From a bacterium (GTDB taxonomy: Bacteria > Hinthialibacterota > Hinthialibacteria > Hinthialibacterales > Hinthialibacteraceae), in the NCBI GenBank assembly GCA_963662285.2, contig CAXXMV010000002.1, positions 160,001 to 224,000 of the forward strand: a DNA stretch of 64,000 nucleotides. Reading direction: 5' to 3'. The notes beneath the pieces were generated by a model. The model searched no databases, was not told the origin of the DNA, and saw only the letters and a list, made by a program, of their open reading frames with translations. Of the stretch, positions 20,499 to 30,658 are shown piece by piece. The position numbers and the translations under genes were made by a program. Each line of letters opens with the position of its first letter. Positions within the stretch are counted from its first letter, which is position 1.

Positions 20499-20891
20499 AT
20501 GAAAAATTTTCTTTGTTATGTGTTGCCTCTTATCGCTTTTATGGGTGTGATATTTTACCTGTCATCTCAAGAGGCGTTTCCGATTGTAATGCCTGATTGG
20601 GTTTATTATTTTGATAAATTAGTCCATGCCGCGCTGTTTGGTTTTCTGGCTTTACTATTTATTAGAAATTGGATCCGGGGCGATATTGCGGCTTTTACCA
20701 TGCCGGCCTTTGTTGTGACGGTGGTTTTTGCTTCGCTTTATGGGGTTACGGATGAATTTCACCAGAGGTTTGTTCCAGGGCGCACTCCTGATGTGTTGGA
20801 TTGGGTGGCGGATACTACGGGAGCTGTTGTGATTTGCGCGTTGTTTTTTTGGAGGCGGGCGGTGGTTTTGTCCAGGGGGGGGGTTCAATAA
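20499..20891 (+). CDS. VanZ-family membrane protein
   Basis: IFYLSSQ, DKLVH, DEFHQRFVPGR, DWVAD. Confidence 0.88.
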   Translation: MKNFLCYVLPLIAFMGVIFYLSSQEAFPIVMPDWVYYFDKLVHAALFGFLALLFIRNWIRGDIAAFTMPAFVVTVVFASLYGVTDEFHQRFVPGRTPDVLDWVADTTGAVVICALFFWRRAVVLSRGGVQ

Positions 20892-20905
20892 CGGAAGTGA
20901 TAGTA

Positions 20906-20944
20906 TCAAGGGCTGACCGCATTGCGGTCTTGCCCTTGGCGCCC
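20906..20944. repeat. REP-like family B'
   Basis: TCAAGGGCTGACCGCATTGCGGTCTTGCCCTTGGCGCCC. Confidence 0.88.
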
Positions 20945-20972
20945 GTCTTGGGAGAGTAATGTTGATATCATC

Positions 20973-21695
20973 CTACGCCTTGAATTGGGCGGAGTTTTTG
21001 ATGGTTTCTACTGCTTCGTCGATGGAATCGGTTACGGTGAAAAGGTTTATGTCTTGGGGTGAAATGTATCCTTCGTTAATAGTTTTTGATTTTATCCATT
21101 CCAACAATCCATTCCAGTATTCTTTTCCGAATAAAATTACGGGAAAAGCTTTCATGCGGTGCGTTTGAATTAAGGTCAGTGATTCAAACAATTCATCCAT
21201 GGTTCCGTAGCCGCCGGGGAAAATAACGAAGGCGATTGAGTATTTAATCAGCATGACCTTGCGGATGAAGAAATAGCGGTAGCTGAGGCCGTTGGTCAGA
21301 TATTTATTAGGTTCCTGTTCCAGAGGCAGTTCGATGTTTAAGCCTATTGATTCGCCCTTGGCTTCGTAGGCGCCACGGTTGGCGGCTTCCATAATTCCCG
21401 GACCGCCGCCGGTGATGATGGGTAGACCTTCCCGCGCGATGCGTCCAGCGAATGCGCGGGCTTGGGCGTAAGATGGATGGTCTTCCGGCGTGCGGGCAGA
21501 GCCGAAGACAGTTACGGCGTTAGTATATTTGGCCAGCGACTCAAAGGACTCAGAAAATTCAGCCATGATGCGGAATATACGCCAAATATCTTCAATGCCC
21601 ATGTAATCGAGCAGGTATTGACGTTGTTCGTCGAGGCTGCCGCCATTAATTTCAATAGGCGTGAATTGCCTGGATTTATCTTTGGAATTCATCAT
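20973..21695 (-). CDS. LOG-family (TIGR00730) Rossmann-fold protein
   Basis: VTVFGSAR, TGGGPGIMEAAN, PGGYGTMDE. Confidence 0.92.
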   Translation of the reverse strand: MMNSKDKSRQFTPIEINGGSLDEQRQYLLDYMGIEDIWRIFRIMAEFSESFESLAKYTNAVTVFGSARTPEDHPSYAQARAFAGRIAREGLPIITGGGPGIMEAANRGAYEAKGESIGLNIELPLEQEPNKYLTNGLSYRYFFIRKVMLIKYSIAFVIFPGGYGTMDELFESLTLIQTHRMKAFPVILFGKEYWNGLLEWIKSKTINEGYISPQDINLFTVTDSIDEAVETIKNSAQFKA

Positions 21696-21809
21696 CGGTT
21701 AAAATACCTCAAAATTTTATGGCGGCGCAATGGCGCCCGGCCTTGGCGAAGTATGAAAAATTATTGCACAATAGGGTATACCTTAAACTTTTTTTACGGG
21801 ATGTGAAAT

Positions 21810-22820
21810 ATGGACGCGATAAAAATTAATAATCGAGAGATTGGCGCTGGACAACCGTGTTTCATAATTGCAGAGGCCGGTTTGAACCATAACGGCGATC
21901 CCGAAATGGCTAAACAGCTTATAAAAAAGGCTGCTGAGTGTGGCGCCGACGCCATAAAATTTCAAACTTATACCACAAAAGAATTGTTTTCTCCGGATCA
22001 TCCTGATTATAAAAAGTTTGAAAAGCATGTTTTCAGTGAAGCTGTTTATAAAGAACTTATCGGAGAATCAAAAAAAAGCAGCATAATTTTTTTATCCACT
22101 CCATTTGATGAAGCCAGTGCGGATTTGCTTTTTTCCTTGGGTATAGCGGCCTATAAAGTCGGTTCGGGAGAATTAACTCATTTGCAGTTTTTGAAACATC
22201 TAGCCAGTAAAGAACTGCCTATGATACTTTCGACCGGGATGTCGAACATGAATCAGGTGGATAATGCGGTTCAGGCCATTCAATCCGTCGGTCAGGTTTC
22301 ACTGGCGATGCTGCATTGCGTTTCGGCTTATCCCTGCCCGGTCAAAGAAGTGAATGTACGCCGAATTACGATGTTAAAAGAACGGTTCGCGGCGCCGATT
22401 GGTTTTTCGGATCATACCGAGACGGATGTATCCGCGTTAGCTGCAGTTGCTCTGGGCGCGTGCATCGTCGAGAAGCATTTCACCCTTAGCCATCATTTAC
22501 CAGGGTGGGATCATCATTTTTCCTATGACCCGGATCAATTGAGCCGTTTAGTTAAAGCTATCAGAGAAGTCGAGATTTCGCTGGGCGAGCCGGAAAAACG
22601 AATTACTGAATCTGAAACAAAGATTGAGGAAATCGCCCGGCGGGCCATATACGCCCGCATCCCTCTCAAGGCAGGATATATTCTTACGGCCAAAAACCTT
22701 ATAGTGCGGCGTCCGGCGGGGCCTATGTCGGCGGATCAATTTGAAGAGGTGTTGGGGAAAGTGGTATTGCGGGATATTCCGGTCGGGGAGGCGCTTCGGC
22801 CTGAGGATATTAAGGAATAA
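21810..22820 (+). CDS. N-acetylneuraminate synthase-family protein (NeuB/SpsE) with SAF domain
   Basis: IIAEAGLNHNGD, KFQTY, STPFD, HCVSAYP, GFSDHT, EKHFTL. Confidence 0.92.
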   Translation: MDAIKINNREIGAGQPCFIIAEAGLNHNGDPEMAKQLIKKAAECGADAIKFQTYTTKELFSPDHPDYKKFEKHVFSEAVYKELIGESKKSSIIFLSTPFDEASADLLFSLGIAAYKVGSGELTHLQFLKHLASKELPMILSTGMSNMNQVDNAVQAIQSVGQVSLAMLHCVSAYPCPVKEVNVRRITMLKERFAAPIGFSDHTETDVSALAAVALGACIVEKHFTLSHHLPGWDHHFSYDPDQLSRLVKAIREVEISLGEPEKRITESETKIEEIARRAIYARIPLKAGYILTAKNLIVRRPAGPMSADQFEEVLGKVVLRDIPVGEALRPEDIKE

Positions 22821-22824
22821 CGAA

Positions 22825-22905
22825 GTAGGGTGGGTCGCGCCTTACCGACCCACCGTGAGCCGACGTAGATTGGTTCGGTGGGTCATAAAACGCGACCCAC
22901 CCGAC
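22825..22905. repeat. inverted doublet of family C hairpins (REPIN-like)
   Basis: GTAGGGTGGGTCG...CGACCCACC (22825-22854) and GGTGGGTC...GACCCACCCGAC (22877-22905). Confidence 0.85.
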
Positions 22906-22909
22906 GGAT

Positions 22910-23122
22910 TTATGCATACATCAAGCGCTTACCTTTGGGAATGGGGATGGGATCTCCGAATTCCTTGGCCGTATCGATCCATAAAGCCATTGATTTCTGT
23001 ACGTTGGCCAATGCCGTTTCATACGAATCGCCATGCGCTGTACAACCTGGAAGTTCTGGCGTCTCAGCCACGAAAACTTGATCTTCTTCGCTCCAATAAA
23101 TGATGGTTTCATATTTAAGCAT
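22910..23122 (-). CDS. hicB: HicB-family antitoxin (short form)
   Basis: YETIIYWSEEDQVFVAETPELPGCTAHGDSYETAL...GDPIP.P. Confidence 0.9.
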   Translation of the reverse strand: MLKYETIIYWSEEDQVFVAETPELPGCTAHGDSYETALANVQKSMALWIDTAKEFGDPIPIPKGKRLMYA

Positions 23123-23376
23123 TATTTTTTATCCGCAAGACGATATTTTACGAGTAAATTTCTCACTTGACGAACTTGATAGGGTTTCGCCTGAGTTCCA
23201 TCATGTTGCAAATTAATTTTTTCTTCAATACCGCTTTTTCTAAATATATGATGGCTTCCTCGAATCCGTTCGTCAAATCCTAATTTGCTTAATAATTCAC
23301 ACAATTCGTTAATTGCAATATTGGTATCCGAATTTCCGGATAGAATCTTTTCTATTAACTTATTGTATTTACCCAT
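23122..23376 (-). CDS. hicA: HicA-family toxin
   Basis: LGFDERIRGSHHIF...AKPYQVRQVR; TAATG-type coupling to hicB. Confidence 0.9.
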   Translation of the reverse strand: MGKYNKLIEKILSGNSDTNIAINELCELLSKLGFDERIRGSHHIFRKSGIEEKINLQHDGTQAKPYQVRQVRNLLVKYRLADKK

Positions 23377-23420
23377 TATTAATATATTTTCTCGTTTAAC
23401 TAGAAGAATTCAATAGCTAT

Positions 23421-23700
23421 GTGGGTCTCGCCTTACCGATCTACTGTGAAAAATTGTAGTATAATTCGGTGGGGATAAAACGCGATTCATCTCACGGATA
23501 TATGAAAATAAATGAAGTGAACTCAATCAAAGGCAGAAAAACCACTGCCCTTGGCGCTCGTCTTTCTCTATATTTTAAAGATATCATTCAATAAAGCTGT
23601 ATAAGGCGTAAATCACTTGGGCTTTTTATTTTTTTTGCCATCGGTAAAATGAAAGATTGTTAGATTGATTCGGTGGGTCAAAAAACGCGACCCACCCTAC
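23421..23700. repeat. degenerate family C doublet (23421-23504), degenerate B (23527-23560) and intact C (23672-23700)
   Basis: 23421-23504 aligns to 22830-22914; GGTGGGTCAAAAAACGCGACCCACCCTAC. Confidence 0.8.
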
Positions 23701-23764
23701 GGATCTGTTACAAGAAATTTATCCACATTTGTATATATAAAAATCCCGTATTGTGAGGATCAAC

Positions 23765-26302
23765 ATGTCGCATCAGAATAACACTGATTCTATTATTAAA
23801 GCCGTTGCGGAAGTATGTCCCCATTTCCCTCATCATAAAGCCGAAGGGAAGTGGCAAAAACGCTGGGAACAAGAGAAAGCCTTTTCTACTCAGGAAAATG
23901 GTGGAGATAAAAAGTTTTATTGTCTGGAAATGTTCCCCTATCCCTCAGGCAAGTTGCACATGGGGCATTTACGCAATTACGCCATCGGCGACGTCATGGC
24001 GCGTTATTACCGCATGAAAGGTTTTAGCGTGTTGCATCCGATGGGCTACGATGCGTTCGGTCTTCCGGCGGAGAACGCAGCTATCAAGAATAAGGTTCAT
24101 CCTAACCATTGGACTTTTAACAATATTAAAGAGATGAAGGATCAGCAGACCGCGTTGGGTTTGTCCTATGACTGGGAAAAGGATATCGCCACCTGCCACC
24201 CCGAATATTACAAATGGGGTCAATGGCTCTTTTTGAAGTTCTGGGAAAAAGGTCTGGTCTATAAGAAAGAGGGGCTGCTTAACTGGTGTCCTGATTGTCA
24301 GACGGTGTTGGCCAACGAACAGGTGGTGGATGGTTCGTGCTGGCGTTGCGATACTACGGTTGTGCAAAAGCACATGCCGCAGTGGTATATCAAGATTACT
24401 GATTACGCTGAAGAATTGTTGAATGATCTGGATAAACTTGACGAATGGCCGCATAAAGTTCTGGTGATGCAACGCAACTGGATCGGGCGTTCGGAAGGCG
24501 CCGAGATTGTATTTAAGATTGCTGATGGCGCCGAAGCGGGGCGGGAAATTCCAGTGTTTACCACGCGACCGGATACCATTTTCGGTTCAACCTACATGGT
24601 TTTGGCGCCGGAGCATTCCCTGGTTGAAACGTTGATTGCGGGGATGGAAAACGAGACGCAATGCCGCGAGTTCATCGAAAAAGTTGCGAAGATGGAGAAA
24701 ATGGATCGCACCGATGATTCGACTAAAAAAGAAGGCGTCTTTACCGGAAGATACGCCATTAATCCCGTCAATCAGGAAAAAATTCCGATATGGATCGCTA
24801 ACTATGTTCTGGTCGAATATGGCACCGGAGCGGTTATGGCGGTTCCGACGCATGACCAGCGTGATTTTGAGTTTGCCAGGGAATATGATCTCCCCATGCG
24901 GGTGGTTATAAAACCGGAGGACGCTGAATTTAATACAGCTGAAGATATGACTGAAGCCTGGGTTGATGCGGGATTGATGGTTAATTCAGCCCAGTTCGAT
25001 GGACTTCCAAACGATGAAGGCAAGAAGAAAGTTACGGTGTGGATGGAAGATCAAGGCATGGGAAAATCTTCTATCAATTACCGTTTGCGCGACTGGGGCA
25101 TCTCGCGCCAGAGATATTGGGGAATGCCGATTCCCTTGATCTATTGCGACGCCTGCGGCGTGGTTACCGTGCCGGAGGATCAACTTCCGGTGCAGCTGCC
25201 GCTTGATGTTGAGATTAAAGGCGATGGCTCGCCGCTGGCGCGTCATGAAGGCTTCCAGAAGGTTGCGTGCCCCAAGTGCGGCGCCCAGGCCAAGCGCGAG
25301 TCTGATACTATCGACACATTCTGGGATTCATCCTGGTATTTCCTGCGTTATATAGACGCCCGTAATGATGAGGCGCCGTTTAGCGTGGAAAAAGCCAATG
25401 AATGGATGCCGGTTGATCTTTATATAGGCGGGGTGGAACATGCGGTGCTGCATTTGTTATATTCCCGCTTTTTCACAAAGGCTTTGCGCGACGTTGGTCT
25501 GGTTAATGTGGATGAACCGTTCAAGAAACTGGTGACGCAGGGCATGGTGACCAAAGATGGCGCCAAAATGTCTAAATCCAAGGGTAATGTGGTTGATCCT
25601 GCCGTTATCGTTGATAAGTATGGATCAGATGCCGCAAGGGTATTTATTTTGTTTACTTCTCCCCCGGAGCGCGACCTGGAATGGAGCGACGAGGGCGTGG
25701 TCGGGGCGTCACGGTTTATTGACCGCATCTACCGGCTGGTTATGCGGTTTGCTGAATCCTTGAAGAATGAGCCGGTTGTTAAGGCCGATAAAATTGGTGA
25801 ATCGGCGCAATCACTGCGTAGGATATGTCATAAAACAATAGAAGCAGTTACTGTGGATATTGAAGAGAGAATAGGACTCAATACCTCAATTGCCAAAATC
25901 ATGGAGCTGGTCAATGAAATGTACCGCTTCACGGAAAAAGATACGATCAACAAATGTGATTTTCCGGTATTCCGTGAGTCGGTTGAAACGCTGCTGCGTT
26001 TGTTTTCACCCTTCGCTCCGCATATTTGCGATGAGTTATATGAAGCCATAGGCGGCGAGGGTTTTGTGTTGGATCAGGAATGGCCTAAGCATAATCCGGC
26101 ATATTTGCAGAGCGAGACCATGCTGCTGGTGGTGCAGGTCAACGGTAAGGTTCGGGGGAAAGTTACGGTTCCGTCAGACGCAGATAAAGATGTTGTGTGG
26201 GAAGCGGCGCTCAAAGAAGAACAGATTGTGCGTTGGTTGGAAGATAAGGAACCGAAGAAGGTTATTTACGTTCCAAAGAAGTTGATGAATATTGTTATTT
26301 AG
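23765..26302 (+). CDS. leuS: leucine--tRNA ligase
   Basis: MFPYPSG, HMGH, FTTRPDT editing domain, KMSKS; ATG at 23765 after GAGGA. Confidence 0.98.
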   Translation: MSHQNNTDSIIKAVAEVCPHFPHHKAEGKWQKRWEQEKAFSTQENGGDKKFYCLEMFPYPSGKLHMGHLRNYAIGDVMARYYRMKGFSVLHPMGYDAFGLPAENAAIKNKVHPNHWTFNNIKEMKDQQTALGLSYDWEKDIATCHPEYYKWGQWLFLKFWEKGLVYKKEGLLNWCPDCQTVLANEQVVDGSCWRCDTTVVQKHMPQWYIKITDYAEELLNDLDKLDEWPHKVLVMQRNWIGRSEGAEIVFKIADGAEAGREIPVFTTRPDTIFGSTYMVLAPEHSLVETLIAGMENETQCREFIEKVAKMEKMDRTDDSTKKEGVFTGRYAINPVNQEKIPIWIANYVLVEYGTGAVMAVPTHDQRDFEFAREYDLPMRVVIKPEDAEFNTAEDMTEAWVDAGLMVNSAQFDGLPNDEGKKKVTVWMEDQGMGKSSINYRLRDWGISRQRYWGMPIPLIYCDACGVVTVPEDQLPVQLPLDVEIKGDGSPLARHEGFQKVACPKCGAQAKRESDTIDTFWDSSWYFLRYIDARNDEAPFSVEKANEWMPVDLYIGGVEHAVLHLLYSRFFTKALRDVGLVNVDEPFKKLVTQGMVTKDGAKMSKSKGNVVDPAVIVDKYGSDAARVFILFTSPPERDLEWSDEGVVGASRFIDRIYRLVMRFAESLKNEPVVKADKIGESAQSLRRICHKTIEAVTVDIEERIGLNTSIAKIMELVNEMYRFTEKDTINKCDFPVFRESVETLLRLFSPFAPHICDELYEAIGGEGFVLDQEWPKHNPAYLQSETMLLVVQVNGKVRGKVTVPSDADKDVVWEAALKEEQIVRWLEDKEPKKVIYVPKKLMNIVI

Positions 26303-26339
26303 AGTGGTTTGAGGTATTTGGGAATTAGTAGGTGGTTTA

Positions 26340-26430
26340 GGGCGCCCACGAGGGGCGCACCCTACATGGTTATAGATTGGGGTGTTTGTAAATTTCTCCT
26401 CACCCTTACCCTCTCCCGATGGGAGATGGG
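26340..26430. repeat. REP-like mosaic: A (26340-26365) plus D (26398-26430)
   Basis: GGGCGCCCACGAGGGGCGCACCCTAC; CCTCACCCTTACCCTCTCCCGATGGGAGATGGG. Confidence 0.85.
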
Positions 26431-26478
26431 ATTTATATGCAGTAGTGGAATATTGATTATTTATGACGGGGTTCTGAC

Positions 26479-27195
26479 ATGCGTAAGGGTGAGTTGGTTC
26501 TTGCTGCGGTGTTGGTCGTCATTATATTGGCGGGAATCTCTTATGAATCGATGCGCGGCGCCGGGAAAGATGCGGAAGTTATTATCGCGCATCCCGGCGA
26601 GACGCCTTTTGATGCGCAGGAGTCATCTGCTCCGGCAATAGATAAGAAAGTTAATAATCCAGTAGCTTCTCCTACCAAGAGTAATTCTCCTGATATCACG
26701 ATAATCGCCATATTTAATAGAGCTACGCAACCGGAATTAGAGGATTTGCCGGGGATTGGTCCGGTTCTGGCGCAGCGGATTTTGGCTAAGCGTCAGGCGT
26801 TGGGGCGGTTTTCCACTATTAATGATATTTTGTCGGTTTCAGGTATTGGGCAGGCGAAGTTGAATTCTCTTTTAGAAGCCATGCAGCAGAAGAGCGTTCA
26901 GCAAAATCCTGTCAGGCCGTATGTTCCACTTTATCCTACCAGGCTGGCGCCTTCTTATAATCCACGTCAGTTGGCGCCGAAACCTACTCTACACCGCACG
27001 ACTATTTCGATTAATAATGCCAACAAAGAAGAGCTGATGGCTGTATCAGGTATTGGGGAGATGCTGGCGGAGTCTATTATTAAAGCCCGTGACAAAAGAG
27101 GGAAGTTCCGGTCTTGGAATGATGTATCGAAAGTTTCTGGAATTGGAGACAAACGTTTGGAAATGCTCAAGGAACGTTTTACGATTTCGCCGTAG
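26479..27195 (+). CDS. ComEA-family DNA-binding protein with two HhH domains
   Basis: N-terminal TM segment; LPGIGP...VSGIG and INNA...VSGIG...VSGIG. Confidence 0.85.
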   Translation: MRKGELVLAAVLVVIILAGISYESMRGAGKDAEVIIAHPGETPFDAQESSAPAIDKKVNNPVASPTKSNSPDITIIAIFNRATQPELEDLPGIGPVLAQRILAKRQALGRFSTINDILSVSGIGQAKLNSLLEAMQQKSVQQNPVRPYVPLYPTRLAPSYNPRQLAPKPTLHRTTISINNANKEELMAVSGIGEMLAESIIKARDKRGKFRSWNDVSKVSGIGDKRLEMLKERFTISP

Positions 27196-27202
27196 TGGTT
27201 TT

Positions 27203-27235
27203 GGTGGGCTACGCTTCGCTTTTAGCCCACCCTAC
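27203..27235. repeat. REP-like family C
   Basis: GGTGGGCTACGCTTCGCTTTTAGCCCACCCTAC between convergent genes. Confidence 0.85.
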
Positions 27236-27244
27236 GCTTGAGGT

Positions 27245-27832
27245 TTATCTGGTGAAGGGGTATTCGTTTTTCCTTTCCGCCATTAAAGGAGTGACAATCG
27301 CGCCCTGGCTCACTAGCCCGTTTGAAATCTGATAGGGCACGGAAACCTCGCTTGCTTTATCCATGTCAGGTCCTACTGAACGGCAATAGAAGGCGGCGTT
27401 CAGGGTTTCGTCTGCATAGCGGCGTGCGCCGGCGTCTCCGGTTGCATAGAACTCATTGCGCATTTGATAACCCGGTTCCATGTGATATTGACCTTTATAC
27501 CAACCGAGTGTGGCGGCGGCGGTTACGCCTTCTTTCTGGAAGGGATCTATCAGAGATGTGTTTAAGTATGGGATGGGCGTGGTTACAAAGCGGTGTTGAG
27601 CAAGGTCGCCATCTATATGGGGCGGCCATTTGTTGTTGTCCAGGTAGTACATCTGGTACGCGTCGCAGATAGATTTTTCTTCCGCATAAACCTTGGTGAT
27701 TAATGCGCGTAAGCGGGCCTGGATGAAGTTGGGGACGGCGATAGCGGCAAGTATTCCTATTATAGCGACGACGATGAGCAACTCGATTAATGTAAAGGCT
27801 TTGATTTTTTTCATCATTGTGCTGGTCTCCAT
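27245..27832 (-). CDS. type IV pilin-like protein (N-methylation motif)
   Basis: KA|FTLIELLIVVAIIGILAAIAVPNF; SVGPD...SNGLVSQG. Confidence 0.85.
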   Translation of the reverse strand: METSTMMKKIKAFTLIELLIVVAIIGILAAIAVPNFIQARLRALITKVYAEEKSICDAYQMYYLDNNKWPPHIDGDLAQHRFVTTPIPYLNTSLIDPFQKEGVTAAATLGWYKGQYHMEPGYQMRNEFYATGDAGARRYADETLNAAFYCRSVGPDMDKASEVSVPYQISNGLVSQGAIVTPLMAERKNEYPFTR

Positions 27833-27925
27833 ATACTTATATAAAACATAATGGATTATGGTTAAAGGGGATTTTTAGAAATGAAGGAATTATTTTTAAA
27901 TTTAAAATGGTTTGAGGATAAATAA

Positions 27926-28516
27926 ATGTACGTTAAAAAAAAGTCAATGCTATGGGAAATAGTTCTAATCGTGTGCATTGCGTCTGTCGTCTTCGGTTGC
28001 AGAAACACAGCAAAAAATAAGGATGATTTCTTTGAAATCAGGCATAATAATGAATTAAAAGCTTACGGCGCCTTGATTATGGATATGCCTCATGATGGCC
28101 CTTATGATATGAGATGGTACGTATTGCTTCCAAAGTATGCCATCGATAATTTTGATGCCTTTGATATCTATACTCCTAAAACAGAGCAATCATTCACTGT
28201 TAAAACAGATAAGCTTAAATATTGGGAAATCGGGGAATGTGGAGTGTGTGTGGTCTTTTTTTCTTATGAACTACTTGCTATACCAGATATTTATACGAGT
28301 GCTTTTAATGAGATGGGATTTATATCGCTGGAGAGAAAAAAGTTATGGAAAATCACTACGGCTGATTTTTGCGTCTCTCCGCAAAAGCCTGGAAAAGGAT
28401 GTGAATACGAAGACTTATACAAGAATTTTGCTATGCTGAGAGAAACCATTCAAAACGACCTTCCATTAGAATTTCGGGAAAATTTTTTAATGCCAAAAAG
28501 TAGTAGCAAACCCTAA
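27926..28516 (+). CDS. hypothetical lipoprotein
   Basis: Signal peptide ending VFGC; GAGGA RBS. Confidence 0.6.
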   Translation: MYVKKKSMLWEIVLIVCIASVVFGCRNTAKNKDDFFEIRHNNELKAYGALIMDMPHDGPYDMRWYVLLPKYAIDNFDAFDIYTPKTEQSFTVKTDKLKYWEIGECGVCVVFFSYELLAIPDIYTSAFNEMGFISLERKKLWKITTADFCVSPQKPGKGCEYEDLYKNFAMLRETIQNDLPLEFRENFLMPKSSSKP

Positions 28517-28531
28517 GGTTATCGACAACAA

Positions 28532-28675
28532 CCCCCTCTTGAATTCTCCCCCAAACTTGGGGGAGAGGGGTTTTGTAATGTAACTCGTTGTATCGTTTAG
28601 ACTTAGTTATACAAAATACCGTGATCAAACATTCCTCTCCCAAGATTGGGAGAGGTTAGGTGAGGGTTGATATCA
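28532..28675. mobile_element. MITE-like element with D-type hairpin ends, copy 1
   Basis: Reverse complement aligns with 39168-39284 along its whole length, including the interior TAACTAAGTCTAAAC. Confidence 0.75.
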
Positions 28676-28699
28676 GCAATCTTCGTAGATGTAAAAGTA

Positions 28700-28732
28700 A
28701 AAAAATCCCTTTCGATAAAGAAAGGGATTTTT
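28700..28732 (-). terminator. intrinsic terminator (possibly bidirectional)
   Basis: AAAAAATCCCTTT...AAAGGGATTTTTT. Confidence 0.7.
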
Positions 28733-28758
28733 TGATATTATGCGATAAAACTGTTTGA

Positions 28759-30318
28759 TTAGCTGAGAGTTAACCATTTCATACCGGCTTTTCTGACTGC
28801 GTATTCAGTTTCTTTCAGGTAGTTGCCATAGCATAGCATCCAATGGAAGCCTTTGGTCTCCTCGTTTAATTTATCGGTGTCGCATTTGAATTGGACGTCT
28901 ATTTGTGAGCGGCAGATATCCAGGAACGGGTTGTCGATGATTTCTGCTTCGAAGCCGTTCCATTGTTTAAAGTTAAAGTCGGGATCAATCACGGTGATTT
29001 TTTGACCTAACTTCATTTCGACCTTAGGCGCCGCTCCCCAGTCGGATTCAAAGTGGGTTAGGATTTTGGCTGGTTCATAGTTTTCGCCATCCATTTTCCG
29101 TGGCGCGGTGCAATGAGCTAGAGTAACGATTCCATCATGGGGATAGGTCGGGTCTTGCAGGAATGACGGTTTGCCGGAGATGTAATGCAGCAGAATGCCA
29201 GATGGAATAACGACGAAGTCCGACTCGCAGAAGGCGAGGTAGCCGTCATCGTTTAGTAATGAAAGTGGAAGACAGGCGGTCGTCTCTGAAACCTGCATAA
29301 TGGTTCCCATGCAGGAGTTTATTGTGATAGCGTCGGTATTGCATTCTTTCATCACCTGGTGAAAGACCTCGGTCAATAAAAAACATTTGGTGACGAAGGT
29401 TTCTGAAGTATCCAGAGAGATGCCGTCTTGTTTGAGGTATTTTCGGGCCTCTTCATTGCACCATTTAACTAGCGTTTGGTTTTGCTTGGCCGCTATGATG
29501 CGCTTGCCTAAATCGTCATAGGTGACGTCGATCAGGTTCATCTTGAAAATGTCGCGGGTGTGCTGAGGAGCTGCACGGCCTCCGTTGCCCCAACCGCTGG
29601 CGCCGCCGATGCAGACCACGCTTTTATTCATGGTGTTTTTTAGTCCAGCCAGAGCGCGAAGTCTCCAGAGGATTTCGTCGGGTCGGTCAACGATTACGTC
29701 TTTGGTATCAACGCCGGGTTGGCCGAATTCGTCGACGGTTTTGCGCAGGAATCTATTGGAGATTATCTCATACCATAGATAGACCGGGCCTGATTTATGC
29801 CGCAGAAAAACCAGAGTCCATTTATCGGGATTGGTAAGCGTTTCGAGCGTATCGCCCCAGGAACCTGCAGCGTAAATAATCAAGACGTCATGATCTCCAT
29901 TGGTTATCTTGGCAGCTTGTTCGGGATTTTGAGCGGAAAGTATGGGCAACATCTCAACCGGGAAATCGGATTTTTTTTCTAACTCATTGAGTTCTTTGCT
30001 GATGCGCTCTCTTTCTTGCGTAGCGTCCTGCTCGGTTTGAATAGCGCCCCAGGAACGCCAGCTGGTTCCTTCGCGTCTTTGAGGCACGCTATAAACCAGC
30101 ACGGGCTGCACCTTTAAGGAGGAGCGTATCTTTCCAAGCCTGACAGGCTCTTTGGCTGCGGCAGATGTTGCTGTAAGAGTAGAAAGTGCAATTCCGCCAG
30201 CTGTTATTGCTCCACAACTGGAGATGAAGCTGCGGCGGCTTATGCCTGAATTGGCGTGATCGGGACATGATCTGGAAGTACAACAGTTGCAATGAGAATG
30301 TGGTGATAGACCGGACAT
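28759..30318 (-). CDS. L-fucose/arabinose isomerase-like protein with a Tat signal
   Basis: SRRSFI; AITINSC, CLPLSLLND.G.LAFCESD, LAHCT, CRSQ, FHW...YG. Confidence 0.65.
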   Translation of the reverse strand: MSGLSPHSHCNCCTSRSCPDHANSGISRRSFISSCGAITAGGIALSTLTATSAAAKEPVRLGKIRSSLKVQPVLVYSVPQRREGTSWRSWGAIQTEQDATQERERISKELNELEKKSDFPVEMLPILSAQNPEQAAKITNGDHDVLIIYAAGSWGDTLETLTNPDKWTLVFLRHKSGPVYLWYEIISNRFLRKTVDEFGQPGVDTKDVIVDRPDEILWRLRALAGLKNTMNKSVVCIGGASGWGNGGRAAPQHTRDIFKMNLIDVTYDDLGKRIIAAKQNQTLVKWCNEEARKYLKQDGISLDTSETFVTKCFLLTEVFHQVMKECNTDAITINSCMGTIMQVSETTACLPLSLLNDDGYLAFCESDFVVIPSGILLHYISGKPSFLQDPTYPHDGIVTLAHCTAPRKMDGENYEPAKILTHFESDWGAAPKVEMKLGQKITVIDPDFNFKQWNGFEAEIIDNPFLDICRSQIDVQFKCDTDKLNEETKGFHWMLCYGNYLKETEYAVRKAGMKWLTLS

Positions 30319-30381
30319 AATAATTTCTCCTCATGGATAATGATATATAACATGTTTGCCGGGAGGTGTTCTCAAATTACT

Positions 30382-30602
30382 CCTCACCCTATCCTTCTCC
30401 CGTGGGGAGAGGGAACCGGATTATCCGGCATATTTGGTTATTAATGATTCTTTAGCAATTATAAAAATCGCTACTTGGGTATTGTTTCATAGATTAGAAG
30501 AAAAGCATAGATATAAGTTTAATGAATTTTGTTTGTTGGCGGAGTGTTTGAAAAATCTATAGTTGTTGGTAGGTTCGGGCGCCCACGAGGGGCGCGCCCT
30601 AC
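30382..30602. repeat. REP-like units D (30382-30413) and A (30577-30602)
   Basis: CCTCACCCTATCCTTCTCCCGTGGGGAGAGGG; GGGCGCCCACGAGGGGCGCGCCCTAC. Confidence 0.82.
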
Positions 30603-30658
30603 ATTTGTATGCGGGAAGTGATGGTTATTCGGGGGGATTTATAATAATAGATATTGAG

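Noticed and set aside
23719-23727. Single perfect DnaA boxes (also 62214-62222)
   Set aside because: Isolated 9-mers can occur by chance and there is no clustering.
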